A DNA stretch of 64,000 nucleotides from Octopus sinensis (GCF_006345805.1 NC_043006.1:98642001-98706000), one strand, 5' to 3'; counted from the first letter of the stretch, positions 11,300 through 24,677 are shown. Notes: generated from the sequence alone by a model not told the origin. Numbers and translations are program-made.

Positions 11300-13450
11300 C
11301 TCAAAGCTTCATGAAGAATACATACAACAGAATAGAATGAGTTGCTAAAAAGGTGGAGGCCATCAGGTGAATTTTTATGAATTTCAGCAAACACGCAAGG
11401 TTTAAAGTATGGAGTATCCTGACAATCAACAACTAATGCGAGTAGTTTATTCCATGCTTCCGCATGGAAAAGTGTTTGTTAAATTCATAGGAGCTGTGCT
11501 TTTCTTATTTACTAAGACTGTCCTCAAGTGTTAGACATATGGAATTCAAAACGGTGCCCAAGACTGGTGTTAGAGAGATGGTTGATAACCCTGTGTGTGT
11601 CTACTAAATCATTTACCAGGAGTTGGAACTTTATTGTGTTATGCCCAGTGAAGAAAGTTTTTCAGAGTATGGTAGATGCCTGACAGCGGGTATACGTCTG
11701 TTTGTACCCTTCTCAACAGTTTTCAGGGGACTGATGTGCAGAGCAAGGTAAGTGTCCCAGACTGGTGATACAAACTCAAGTGTGGTCATACCATAGCCAT
11801 ATACAGCTTCAAATACATTAGTGGAAAGCGGCTGATAAAGGTCTTATTGAGTGATGTTAAGTTACCTTGTGGCTTCTTGACACTTTTAGAGATGCGATTT
11901 GTCAAACGTAAATCACTGTTGAAAGTAATGTCCAGGTCACGTTGACGAGGAAATGTCGCAAGTTTGGTGTTGTTGCGGAATATATAAAACTTGGATATTC
12001 CTCCGAAAATGCATGGAGACACACTTGTCTACAGTCAGTTTAAGTTACCAACCAGTAATAAATTGCTACGTCGTGTTCAGGTGAGATTGCATGAAAGATA
12101 TATAGTGTACATGATCTGCTCTTTTTATCTCAAGGTACGGCTTGATGTCATCCGCGCATTTCAACATAGTGACAGTCTTGAAGTTGGCATCTCTGTCCGT
12201 ATCTGCAACAAATGACAGGTGTCCGAGAACGGACACCTGTGGTACACCAGATAACATCTCATAGGATGACAATTGCTGTTCTACAACTGTAACTTCCCAA
12301 TTTCTATTGTAAATGGACTCCTTCAATCAGTTATAAAGATCGTCTTTCACACCCGTTGCAGAGAGTTTCCCCATAAATTGAAGGCCTTCGCAAAGTCAAA
12401 ATAGATAACATATTCCCAAGAGCCGCCATCAGTAATCTGAGTGATATCTTCAAGAAGCTGTTTACCTGGATGCAACTCTAAGGATGTCAAATGCCTTTGT
12501 GTCTTCATAGTGTTGCGGTGAAAACAACTACATTTTCGGAGGAATATCCAAGTTTTACATATTCCGCAACAACACCAAACTTGCGACACTTCCTCGTCAA
12601 CGTGATCTGGACATTACTTTCAACAGTGGTTTACGTTTGACAAATCGCATCTCTAAAAGTGTTATACCACTTGCTGTGATTGGTTCAAATCATCGCAAGG
12701 AATTCCTGAAGTGTTTGAGCGAACATACACCATCACACCACCCTCACGACAATTAATGCCGTCTTTGCGAAGGAAGTAACTAGCCATGGTGAACATCAGG
12801 TATGAATATACATTTTCAAGACAGAATGTTGGAAATTGAACTGAAGCTAGCAAATGGAAGAAGACAGCACACTGTGCACAGTTTGATTCCGACAGCATAA
12901 TTTTTTGCATTTACGTGTCTCGTTAGAGCGAATCCATTGAAGAATACTCCAGAGCAAGATGTGGAAAACGCATGTTAAGTTCCTGATCCCCACAGGGTTT
13001 GTTACATTCCTCCAGCAAATGATCGCAGAAATCGTTTCTCAGAAAGCCAAGTTTGTCGCCCAAGTTTCATAAGTATAATAACTTGCAGCCGATAGAGATG
13101 TGAAACGTTTTTCCCAATATCTCAGTTCCAACATTATATATATTTTATATTTTGACGAACTGTGTAATTCCCACATAACCATTTACAGATCTAAATATGG
13201 TAGGAGGAGTGGGGCATTTATCGCTAAATGTGGTGGCGTGAATGTTTGCAAAACAAAAGTTTCTACAAAGTTACCCAATGTAGTGTAGCAGCTCATGCAG
13301 TTAAAGCGGTGACGAATTAAGTTTACCATGCAGTAACCCACGCTACCAATATCACAAGACAGACAGTTAAAAAACTCACTTTCCACTAATCTAAGCCACA
13401 GATTTGTACTCTTATATCGACAATGAAACTCAATCACGACAGAATCTCTG
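11300..13450 (-). mobile_element. Decayed, internally deleted CR1-group LINE
   Basis: PHD-like CLSC..C..FNCMSC (~13290-13400), APE RKDG..REGGVMVYVR (12662..12910), RT VIYFDFAKAFN, SGVPQVSVLG and CADD, then RDLDITFNSDL..KLYMAMVRPHL and WNKL..VV..FK. Confidence 0.85.
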
Positions 13451-13974
13451 ACTTCAGCGGTAACGTAGAGCGCTCAAAGTTGGCACAAATACCGCTTGAC
13501 ATTCTATGTAACATTTTAAGGTCTCGTTGGACTAATCATTAACAACAATTGATATTATTATTTTGTGTAGCTAAAGCTGCACAAAGACAGACTGCATTTA
13601 TGTCTTCTTACATTATGTGTAGTCATAAGCGTTGACGTAAATATAATATTATATTATGCTGATCAATACAAAATAGAACAGATGAAACGCTGGCATCAAA
13701 ATACTCGACTCATCCTGCTCACCATATTTACAACATAATTATAAATAGGAATCATTTTCAGAATAAACTTTGTATTTCTCTGTACAGAACAGGACAGGAT
13801 ATATATTTATAATTTATATGATATAACTAATATTACCGATTTTCCATGATAAATAATAGACATGGTGATGCTAAAGACATATATTAACGAATCTACAATG
13901 TTCGTGCTCAGCTTCGCAGAAAATTCAAATTATTAAAGATATATAATATATATATAGGCGCATCTGCATAGACG

Positions 13975-14372
13975 CATACATACATACATACATTCATGCA
14001 TACATACATACATACATACGTACATACATGCATACATACATACATACATACATACATACATGCATACATACATACATACATACATGCATGCATACATACA
14101 CACATACATACATACATACATACATACATACATGCATACATACATACATACATACATGCATACATACATACATGCATACATACACACATACATACATACA
14201 TGCATGCATACATACATACATACATACATACACACATACATACATACATACATACACACATACATACATACATACATACATGCATACATACATACATGCA
14301 TACATACATACATACATACACACATGCATACATACATACATACATACATACATACATACATACATACATACA

Positions 14373-14400
<28 letters not shown>
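13975..14400. repeat. (TACA/TGCA)n tetranucleotide microsatellite
   Basis: Direct reading; accounts for the MYVC/HTYI ORFs. Confidence 0.95.
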
Positions 14401-14405
<5 letters not shown>

Positions 14406-14757
14406 TATATATTATACATAGCAAACAGTATCCCTGCAAATATTGCAGTGAAATTCTATCTTCCGAAATATAAAAAGTTATATCTGGAAAGGTTACATTT
14501 CGTAATAAATACACATTAGATTCATAATTAATTAAATTGTGTTCCAAGATATCCGTTTACAAAAGAAATATTCTAGTATTCGCTCATAAAGAAAATCCCG
14601 ATACAATTATGATATATTATTGTGTAGTCTTTGATATTTTGTCCTTCGATTTTATAGCCAGACTATTACCATTCGACCGTCATAAGCGGTAGTAATATTT
14701 GCATGGAAATGGTCCATTGGTATTTGTTGGTCTGTGGTGTTTAAATCATGTAATATT

Positions 14758-14796
<39 letters not shown>

Positions 14797-14996
14797 TATA
14801 GTAAAAGCAATTAAGATTCAAGTGAGTTCTGTTGAATTCACATTAATGCGGTACTTAACTTAGATGCACCAGAAATCTATATGCGGGGTGATTATAAATA
14901 AGATTATATTTACTGCAATATTTGCAGCCTTAATAAAGCTGTCTTCGTACGAAACAATTGTACCGAAATATTGATCCATTCTCATTGCTTTGTTCT

Positions 14997-15027
<31 letters not shown>

Positions 15028-15050
15028 ATATGCGTATGTGTGCGTGTATA

Positions 15051-15211
15051 CAGTAATCCTTCGCTTATCACGGGTTTTACGTTTCAAGACATCCCACAAA
15101 CCCTCGATATACTGAGGAGCCCGTGATATAAATTTACATACATTACCCCTGAAAAATCGGCGATGTACTAAATGCGCGATAGGTGAACCGCGATATAGTG
15201 AGGGATTATTG
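15051..15211. mobile_element. Pogo/Tigger-type MITE (161 bp)
   Basis: TA|cagtaatccttcgcttatcacgg ... ccgcgatatagtgagggattattg|TA: ~24-bp imperfect TIRs with TA target duplication. Confidence 0.8.
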
Positions 15212-15688
15212 TACATTAATACGTGTGCGTATAAGTAAACGTATGTAAAAACATGACTATAGCCTTAAATAGTATTTATATATATATATATATATATGAC
15301 TATCCACACACACACACACATACACCCACATATAAATATATATATGTGCTCAAGCATATCGATACTAATAAACTGAGCTTAATATACCATGCTTCTTCAG
15401 AATAGATATTTAGAGATATGCAGAGAGCAATAAATCAATAAAATGACAAGGGAACAGGAATTATGCACTTCACATCTTCACTGTATGATCTTTTCTGTTA
15501 TAAACTAACTGCAGTTCAGTCATAATTTCCTGATAGGTTCTAAAATGAAATGGAATGCAAATGTATTTTTGAAGGCAATCACGTTCTTGGAAAAGATCAT
15601 AGTTGAAAATACAGATTTCGCAAAAATTGGGAATAGCGTTTGCCAGATATTATCCCAACCTGATGTATGAACAAAATATTATTTATAT

Positions 15689-15787
<99 letters not shown>

Positions 15788-17924
15788 CCCATATCAACAT
15801 AATTACCCATATCAACATATGCACAAACAAAAACACAAACCAAACTTCAGCAAAAAAAATGGGCTGAGTTGAACAAATTAAAACTAGATAAAACAATAAC
15901 AATCAAAGAGGCCGATAAAGGGAGTGCTGTTGTCTTAATGGATACGACATTTTACATAACTTTGGTACTTTCTATGCTGGAAGACACAACATACTATGAA
16001 AAGGCACAAAACTACAGTCAACAAAAAATAATGAGGGAACTAAAATCCATATTAAACCCATACAAAGCAGGGCTAACCGACAAAGAATATGATTATATGA
16101 CCATTTCACAAGTAAAACTAGCCAATTCTACGGTATACCTAAGATCCACAAAAGTGAAAAAATAAGCAACGCATGCAAGATAGCTACAGACAAAATAATT
16201 AAAGTCCCTAATCTTAATGACCTCAAATTGAGACCCATAATAGCAGGTCCCGCATGCGAAACCCACCGCCTCAGTAACTTTTTAGACACCCTGTTAAAAC
16301 CACTCCTCAAACATGTCAAAACCTATATAAGGGACGACTTAGATATGCTCAATCACCTACCGAATACTATAAACAAAACACCATACTGGTATCCTTCGAT
16401 GTAGTCAACCTCTACTCCAATATCCCCCACAACCTAGGACTAGAGGCAATCCAATTCTGGCTAGAGAATCACGCCAACGAACTACCACACCGCATCAAAA
16501 AGAATTTGTGATAGAAGGGGTTAAATTCATCCTGGAAAATAACTTCTTCTTCGCCTTCAATGACAACTTCTACCGACAAAAATCGGGGACTGCGATGGGT
16601 ACATGAATGGCCCCCTCCTTTGCCAACCTAGTCATAGGATACCTAGAGATCAGTCTGTATCGTAAGGTTCTAGAAAGATATGGCAGCCCTTTCTCCATCT
16701 ACATAGAAAACAACTGGAAGAGATATCTAGATGACTGTTTCATCCTTTGGCATAAAATATAGAAAAACTCATAGAATTCCAGAAAATTTTAAACGGACTG
16801 GACGTAAACATCCAATTCACGATGGAATATAGCCAACAACAACTCCCCTTCCTCGATATCCTCATTAAGAAAGCTAATAATATAATAGAAACAGACATAT
16901 ACTATAAGCCTACAGACTCTAAGCAATATCTTTCATTCAATTCATGCCACCCCAGACACACCAGGATGAATATCCCCTTCAATCTAGCAAAAAGGATATG
17001 CACTATAGTCTCTAACGCAAACACCAGAGACACACGACTACAAGAACTAAAAGATACCCTAATCACCAGGAACTATCCACCTTCACTTATTGACAAATGC
17101 ATTCAACGTGCCCTTCAACTTAACATCAAGGAACTGAGACATCCCAAATCAAAGAAAAAACTTACAACCAAAAGCCTTACCATACATCTCCACACACAAC
17201 CCTCTCAATAACGAAGCCTTCGACACCATCCTCACAACATACCCCTCCTAAAAAAAGACCACAGAATGAACACAATCCTCCAAACACACACGATCATAAA
17301 AAGCAAAAGACAGCCTAGATCCATGAAAAGTCTCCTTACACAAGCCCGAATTCACTCTTCAACACAGAAGCCGACAGTAAAAAATGTGGAAGACCCAATT
17401 GCGGGATATGCGACTATCTAATCGAGGGTTCTGAGTTCTCCTTCAAACAGGGACAACGTTTTACAGTGAAAAGCAACTTCACATGTGCTTCGGAGAACCT
17501 AATATACTCACTAACCTGCTCCGGGTGTCAAGAGCAGTACATAGGCAAAACAAAAAATGGTTTGCGTAAACGAATGGCCATGCACAGATCCCAGATAAAA
17601 ATTCCCCAAAACAGAAAAATAGCTTTTAGCCAACACATAGATACTTGCGCCAACAAAAAAACACCAAACTTCAGAATTTTCCCCCTCTACCAATTTAGGG
17701 ACGATACAACCTCGAGACAACGAATAAGTAAAGAAAATCTCTTTATTACAAAATACAAGCCACTTCTTAACGGGTCTACGACAAACAATTAATATACCTC
17801 AACTTTAGAATAAAAGAAAAAATATATATACACACACAAATACTACACTCCATAGAATCCATTACTAATCAGCCCCTTCATAGCTATATTTACACCCATT
17901 CATATTCTCCCTTCTCTGTTTTTT

Positions 17925-18222
17925 TCTTCTTCTTCTTCTTCCTCTTCTTCTTCATCATCATCGTTATCATCATCATCGGCATCATCATCATCGCCACCAT
18001 CATCACCACCATCTTCTCCTTCTCCTCCTTCTTCTTCTTCTTCTTCTTCTTCTTCTTCTTCTTCATCATCATCGTTATCATCATCATCGTCGTCATAATC
18101 ATCACCACCATCACCATCATTCATCTCTCCTTCTCCTTCTCTCCTTCTCCTTCTTCTCTTCTTCTTCTTCTCCTTCTTCTTCTTCTCCTCTTCTTGTTCT
18201 TCCTTCTTCTTCTTCTTCTTAC
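17925..18222. repeat. (TTC/ATC)n compound microsatellite inside the PLE 3' UTR
   Basis: Direct reading. Confidence 0.9.
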
Positions 18223-18567
18223 CCCTACCCCTTAAGTTTGTCACTAATGTTTTTTAGTATAACACCTACGCTAATTCTATAAACAAGCCTGTCAATATAA
18301 ATATCTCCTGAATTGAACTGAGACTGCCAGCCGCCACTGACCATTCAAAATACGACCATCAGGCACACCCAGATTCTCCCACCCCCCTTTCCTCACCAGC
18401 CTTCCCTCTACTACCCTACCAAGAACTCACAACTACCTCGAACACACAAGTGCAAACAAGGGAGTCAGAGAAAGGCAGAATGCCACTTAAATCTGAACAC
18501 TACTATAGAAATATTCTTTTAAAAAACTTTTCTTCTAATTTTTCTAAATTTAATTATTTAATCGTTA

Positions 18568-18605
18568 CAGTTGAAAAGGTCTCAAAATGACCGAAGCCGG
18601 TACTG
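18568..18605 (+). ncRNA. Minimal type I hammerhead-like motif, U3:A8 variant
   Basis: CAG-UUGAAAA-GGUC ucaaaau GACC-GAAG-CCGG-U-A-CUG. Confidence 0.65.
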
Positions 18606-18654
18606 AAATGTTCACTATAAAATTATTTTAGCATTTTCTATTTTTTACTTGTTT

Positions 18655-18692
<38 letters not shown>

Positions 18693-18769
18693 AGAGAGTG
18701 AGAGAGAGAGAGAGAGAGAGATAGACAGACAGAGACACACACAAACTAGATCGAACTGTCTTGAGTGCA

Positions 18770-19860
18770 ACTGCCCGAAACAGTAAGGACGTTCAGTATA
18801 CTTCACTGAGGAAAGAAGGCCGTCATTCTAATTGTTTCTCCTACTCGCCTTGGTATCGTCTATCTGTCTGATTGTTTTATTCTCCTTTATTGCGCTTTTG
18901 TTCCATTTTTTATATTTATATATACATGCAGCAGTGTACGTGCTTACATGTGCTCACCTTATAGTAGGTATGGATCTAAATTTTGTACGACCTCTACTCT
19001 ATCTTTTAGTCACGCTCATACTTTCTTCCTCTTTTCTCTTTCTCGCTCCCCCTTTCTTTCTCACATTTCTTGGCCCTCACTTTCCTTAACTCCCGCTTTT
19101 TCCTCTTAGTTTATCCCCCCCCCCCGTACTTTTCTCTTTGTCTCTGATTCTTTTCTAATCCTTCAATCTCGCACCCCCTACCCCTCTCTCCTCCTTATAT
19201 GTGACCGGTGTCCGGCCAGCCATGATCTTTCTTTCTTGGCCTGACTACGCACCGCCAACATCTCTTATGTCCATTTCCTGTGTTCCTGCATTTAGACTTT
19301 CCCTTCGTACACGCCAGCTCAATTTCATTCGTTGTCAGCCGAATGACACCGGTTGTTATATTCTTATTGTTTGTATTTGTAATTGTGTACCATGTTCTCC
19401 GTTTTTTTGGTTGTCTTTGTTGCCGTGGACATTTGCTAGCTTTCTCACAAAAAGTCTAATGCTCTTAGCTTTGACTTTTGCGTGGGGAGCAGTCAGATCG
19501 AAACAGTAAAGACTTCATGTATAGTTAACTGAGGAAAGGGCACCAATGGCCGGTCTCTTTTTTTTTGCCTCTCCTCCCAATATTTGTTCCTCCTGTCCGC
19601 CTTTGTATCGTCTATCTCTCCGAATGTTTTATTGTCCTCTATTGCGTTTTTGTTCCGTGTACCGTTGACGAATTTTTTTTCTCTGTCTTCCCTTCTTTGG
19701 ATCTTTCCTTCTCCTATGTTTCCGACGAAGAGCTCCGCTGGAAATGTTAAACCCTCCTTCTTTTCTTCTTTCCTGAGCGTCCAGTAATACTATATGTGTT
19801 CCACGTCCTCGCGTTGTTGTGTTTTTTTGTGCTTTCTTGTTTGGATTAACTATATATAGG
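18770..19860 (+). mobile_element. Decayed PLE-type 3' UTR/pLTR-derived repeat with an internal partial duplication
   Basis: 19200-19640 is homologous to 47470-47900. The block gaaacagtaa..ctgaggaaag..gtatcgtctatct occurs at ~18777-18870 and ~19500-19620. Ends gtttggattaac(TA)n. Confidence 0.6.
19718..19752 (+). ncRNA. Minimal type I hammerhead-like motif (+A variant, decayed)
   Basis: GUUU-CCGACGA-A-GAGC ucc GCUG-GAAA-UG-U-U-AAAC; same architecture as 3683-3720. Confidence 0.55.
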
Positions 19861-20087
19861 AGCATAACCGTCGCCTATGTAAATACTATCCATATGCATA
19901 AAGAAAAATACAGAAAATATGTATATTAAAATATATTTATTTAAATATGTTATACATGACTGCCTGTAGGAAATGAGACACTAACAAAAAATGGACTCAA
20001 AGGGAAAGAGAGAGTATGTAAAATCCAGAGAGCGAGAGAGGTAATTATATAAACAAATGAGCTGAGGTTACGTCAAATATCTCTCTC

Positions 20088-20447
20088 TTTCACTCTTTTA
20101 CTTGTTTCAGTCATTTGACTGTGGCCATGCTGGAGCAGCGCCTTTAATCGAGCAACTCGACCCCGGCACTTATTCTTTGTAAGCCCAATACTTATTCTAT
20201 CGGTCTGTTTGTCAAGCAATGCTAGGGGGATAGACACGGACACACAAACACACACACACATACATATATATATATACATATATACGACGGGCTTCTTTCA
20301 GTTTCCGTCTACCAAATCCACTCACAATGCTTTGGTCGGCCCGAGGCTATAGTAGAAGACACTTGGTCAAGGTGCCACGCAGTGGGACTAAACCCGGAAC
20401 CATGTGGTTGTTAAACAAGCTACTTACCACACAGCCACTCCTGCGCC
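20088..20447 (-). mobile_element. tRNA-derived SINE family B (CORE-like)
   Basis: Reverse complement of ggcgcaggagtggctgtgtggtaag..ccgggtttagtcccactgcgtggcaccttgaccaagtgtctt..; tail shared with 63375-63788. Confidence 0.88.
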
Positions 20448-22444
20448 ATCTCTAACAAATTTTGAAAATATTTTTATTCATGCACACAGATATATACAAA
20501 CACATACACACAGACACAAATATACTCTTTTAGAAGCTCCCTCTCAAGAGTTACGGCCATACAGTGCGCCACCGTTACATTTGCTACACATTTATTACTG
20601 GAAATTTCCTTTGATATGCGTCCTTTGTCGAATGAGGGAGTTCGATATTGCTGCCCTCATCTACGTATCCTACCGTAAGTCCATTTGTAATTCTTGATTG
20701 GAGGAGGTCCAATTTTTTGTATGGAAATATAAAACTTCCACCATATGTAGGTCACTCAGGTGCGTTGTGAGTACTTGAAATCCAATTATTGCTCTACCTG
20801 GTCCTTTATCTTGATGGTGACATTGGGTTCTTTAACATCATGACTCGGCGCCCTCTTCTGCTGTTTTAGTAAGTTTCATCGTCAATGTTTTGTTCAAGTC
20901 TTAACAGGATTTTTCTGATGTATATCACTGCATATATTTATCGTCTTCGTTCTAGAGAGTAGAGTCGTATCTTATCATTAAATTGCTATAATCCGTATGT
21001 CCTATCTACATATAATCCACTGTACACGTTTATAGTTATTACTCTGGTGGAAAGATTAATAAAACGAAATTAATTTAGTAGACTGAAAAGAAAATCCACT
21101 CACATTTCTGCTAGGATCACTTTAAGGTCTTATTTGTTTTTGTTTTGTTTTTTTTTTCAATTCAAGCGGTAGAATAAGAATTCATTGTTACATCCTATTG
21201 CATTTGCTTCTATAATTTTTGTAGTTAAAGGAACGCTATGCTTTAATTCAGTTAAATCTTCAAAGTGCCTAAATAGATTAGTTCAGATGGCGATATATAG
21301 CTGCATATGGTCATATGGAACTGTAATACATTAGTTGAACCGATATGTATTGTTGTATTTTGTGATACATTGTGCCGAAGCTGCAGTAGTCAGCTGCAGA
21401 TCCCTTCTTGCACCCCATGGCGGAGAATGCATCTCAATAAAAAAGAAATCTTATCTAGATTGTACTTTGACCCATCTTCAGAGTGTTAAATTATTCAGCG
21501 TATTATTTATCTATTTCGTGCATGCATGTACATATTTTTGTCAAGTAAATTCTATTTGTGTCATAAATTGCATTTTAAATCCAAGTGTTTCACGAAATTC
21601 TTTATATCGTTATATTTTCAGTTAACGCTTGGGAGTTTCATCCATTTTAAAATTGCATTTAATTTAACGTACAAAATTCATATATTCACATATTTGTATA
21701 ATTCCTATTTTTACTGCAGTATATTTGCGCATTTTTCTACTTAAAGACGAATTTTATTGTATGAAATGCTAAATCTTAGCGTTTATTCTTTATTTATTTT
21801 GGGAAGAAGGGATTCATTCAGTGATGCCCGCAAAATTTACTGTTCTCTCTCGTTCTTCTTTCCCTTCTCTCTCTGTTTATCAATCCGTCTATCCCTCTAA
21901 CTACCTACCTACCTAACTACCTTTGTATGTTCATACACTCACTCACACACTTCTATGAATATAATTTTATATTGAGGTATAAACCTTGTAGTGGCTTGTT
22001 TAAAGTTGGTTCACAGGATTCACCTACCTGTTGTCAACAACAACGTGGCCTTATATGCTACGAGGTTTATATTAAGAATTAAGAATTCTTACCTGTCAAT
22101 GCAGTTTAGAAATAAGGAGAGAAAAAATGGAATTCGCAAGAATCTTTGTTCAGAACATCTACGATCGTTTTGAACAATCATCCACCGGCACCTTCACGGA
22201 GAGATGCTGTATAAACAATTCTGATGCATCGTTGGTAAAGATAAGCCTCCTCAGGTGACATTTCCAACTGTATCTCGACTGTTATTTACCATTTTCCTTA
22301 TAAAAATAAAAAACAAAAAAACGTTTTTGTAAGTGTAGCGTTCTATGCTTCTCCACACCTTGTTGGCAAATTTATTGAATATGGAGTTCAAGTTTCGTGG
22401 CATAGACCGGGCATACCGGGAAACCGGAGGGAGACACACACACA

Positions 22445-23037
<593 letters not shown>

Positions 23038-23139
23038 AATAGCTGACCAGAATGCATCGTAGCTCTTCGGTCCGACATTTGAAATCCGAGTACAATAACG
23101 ACAAACATTTAGTGTTTGTTCCAAATTATAACTTATATT

Positions 23140-23700
23140 AATAATCCTCTGTTTCTCTAATATCGTAGTCTCATTGTCTTGTTGTTTCTTTTATCATTAG
23201 ACTTGGTAAGATTGTGAGGAACCCATTGACCCAATTTGCTGACTTTTCCGATGACAGTCAGGTGGGAATGAATGGTTGAATGACCAAATCCAAGTTTTTC
23301 TACTAGTTCCTCAGAAGTTACAATAGGATTTTGTTCTATCAGGATTTGCAGAACATCGTCGTCGAGCTGTTCACATCTTACAGGAAGAGGCTTGTCTTCT
23401 AGGGTGTGGTTTACTGCTTGGATTTTCTGGAACCACCGTTGACACTGGCTTACGCTCATTGTCCGATCCCCATATACTGCATTAATATTCCTCGCACTTT
23501 CCGTTGCATTGTTGTCTTTATAGAATTCAGAAATCAAAATATGCCGGATATGCTCCTTTGTCACTTCCATTATAGATTTGAAAAAATAACTTTTCAAATC
23601 GAGCTGCACTCTTCAAATCTTGTACTAAGAATAAAACCTGTACGTTCCTGGAGGTACAGACAAATATGCATATCTTCTGGAAAAAGATGATTTCTGAACC
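23140..23700 (-). mobile_element. Mariner transposase N-terminal remnant (internally deleted)
   Basis: ORF 23157..23609: KEHIRHILISEF..NATESARNINAVYGD..CQRWF..LED..LIEQNP..HL..IGKVSKLGQWVPHNL (HTH region plus WVPHEL motif); the catalytic DD34D domain is absent. Confidence 0.88.
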
Positions 23701-24224
23701 TTATACTCCTGCCTATATTCTTCTAACTGCTTTTACTCTTTATTCTACTATTTTATTCCTTATAAACTGTAAATTACCCCCGTCTGGAATATTCATACCT
23801 TGTCTCTTATGACGGAACACCCAGTGCACGGATATGCTGACCAAGCCCTTTGAGTTGTCTCAGTAACAGCTGTAAGTCTTCAAATAAACCTTGCCATAAT
23901 GAAATTATTCTAAATAACTTGAGATACTCGTTCTGCCTTGGTTTTGATATTTCCTTGAATATAATACATCCATGCTATTACAGAAGTCTAACACGGATCA
24001 TTAGACCCAGCCTTAGCTGTGATCTTGGAACCTAACAGTTGACCAACTATAATACTTACCCACCGTCCGTAGTCGTTTAGATCATAAGTGAGCCAAACCC
24101 GTCATATCCTTCTCCCTCCCTCTCTCTCTCTCATTGCACATTTGCACCGCTACTAGTTTCCTTCCCCTCTCCCCAATATTGTTCTCAATTCATTGTGGCC
24201 ATGTAATGCAGCAGATGAGTTTCT

Positions 24225-24590
24225 TTATCTTTTCTTGCTTTGCCGTTCATGTTTGCATTCACTTTTAATTCCTTCCCATTCCTGAGTCTTTGGGTTGTGT
24301 CTTGCTCACTTAACTTTTATGTGGCACAACGGGGATCTCCACAGTTGGTTACTAGCATCGTTTCTTATTCAAATGTGAATCTCACTTTTATTAGGAGTCT
24401 CTTGAGGTTAGGTGGTTGTCTTCGACTGTTGACAATTTGGGATATTTCTGATTATTCATAGGAAATTTGGTGACTGATGTAGAATACACAACATCCTGCA
24501 CTCAACAAATGTTGGTGAGGGCAGGATGTTGTGGATTCTAGAAATTTGGGTGAATATAAACGGAATGTTTGTATTTTTAGGTTCACAACT
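24225..24590 (-). mobile_element. PLE fragment (RT-EN linker)
   Basis: Minus-strand IPFIFTQISRIHNILP..NSRRQPPNLKRLLIKVRF..VTNCGDPRCAT*..NGKELKVNANMN, homologous to 17170-17480. Confidence 0.7.
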
Positions 24591-24608
24591 AGAATGAGTG
24601 TTTCTCAT

Positions 24609-24659
<51 letters not shown>

Positions 24660-24677
24660 GTGTGTGTGTGTGTATAC

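Larger units (their letters stand above)
15800..18660 (+). mobile_element. Penelope-like retroelement (RT + GIY-YIG), 5'-truncated, probably Neptune-like
   Basis: IKEADKGSAVV, FYGIPKIHK, LRPII, SFDVVNLY, GTAMG, RYLDD (16721-16735), LPFLDI, YYKPTD, CGRPNCGIC, LIYSLTCSGC..YIGKT..RMAMH..KYKPLLN* (17792). The 3' UTR holds (TTC)n and a hammerhead-like motif. Flanked by (TA)n. Confidence 0.93.

Noticed and set aside
21335-21480. VSCRSLLAPHGGEC, a Sushi/CCP-like start
   Set aside because: The remaining CCP consensus (Tyr/Cys/Trp spacing) is absent and there is no convincing donor site.
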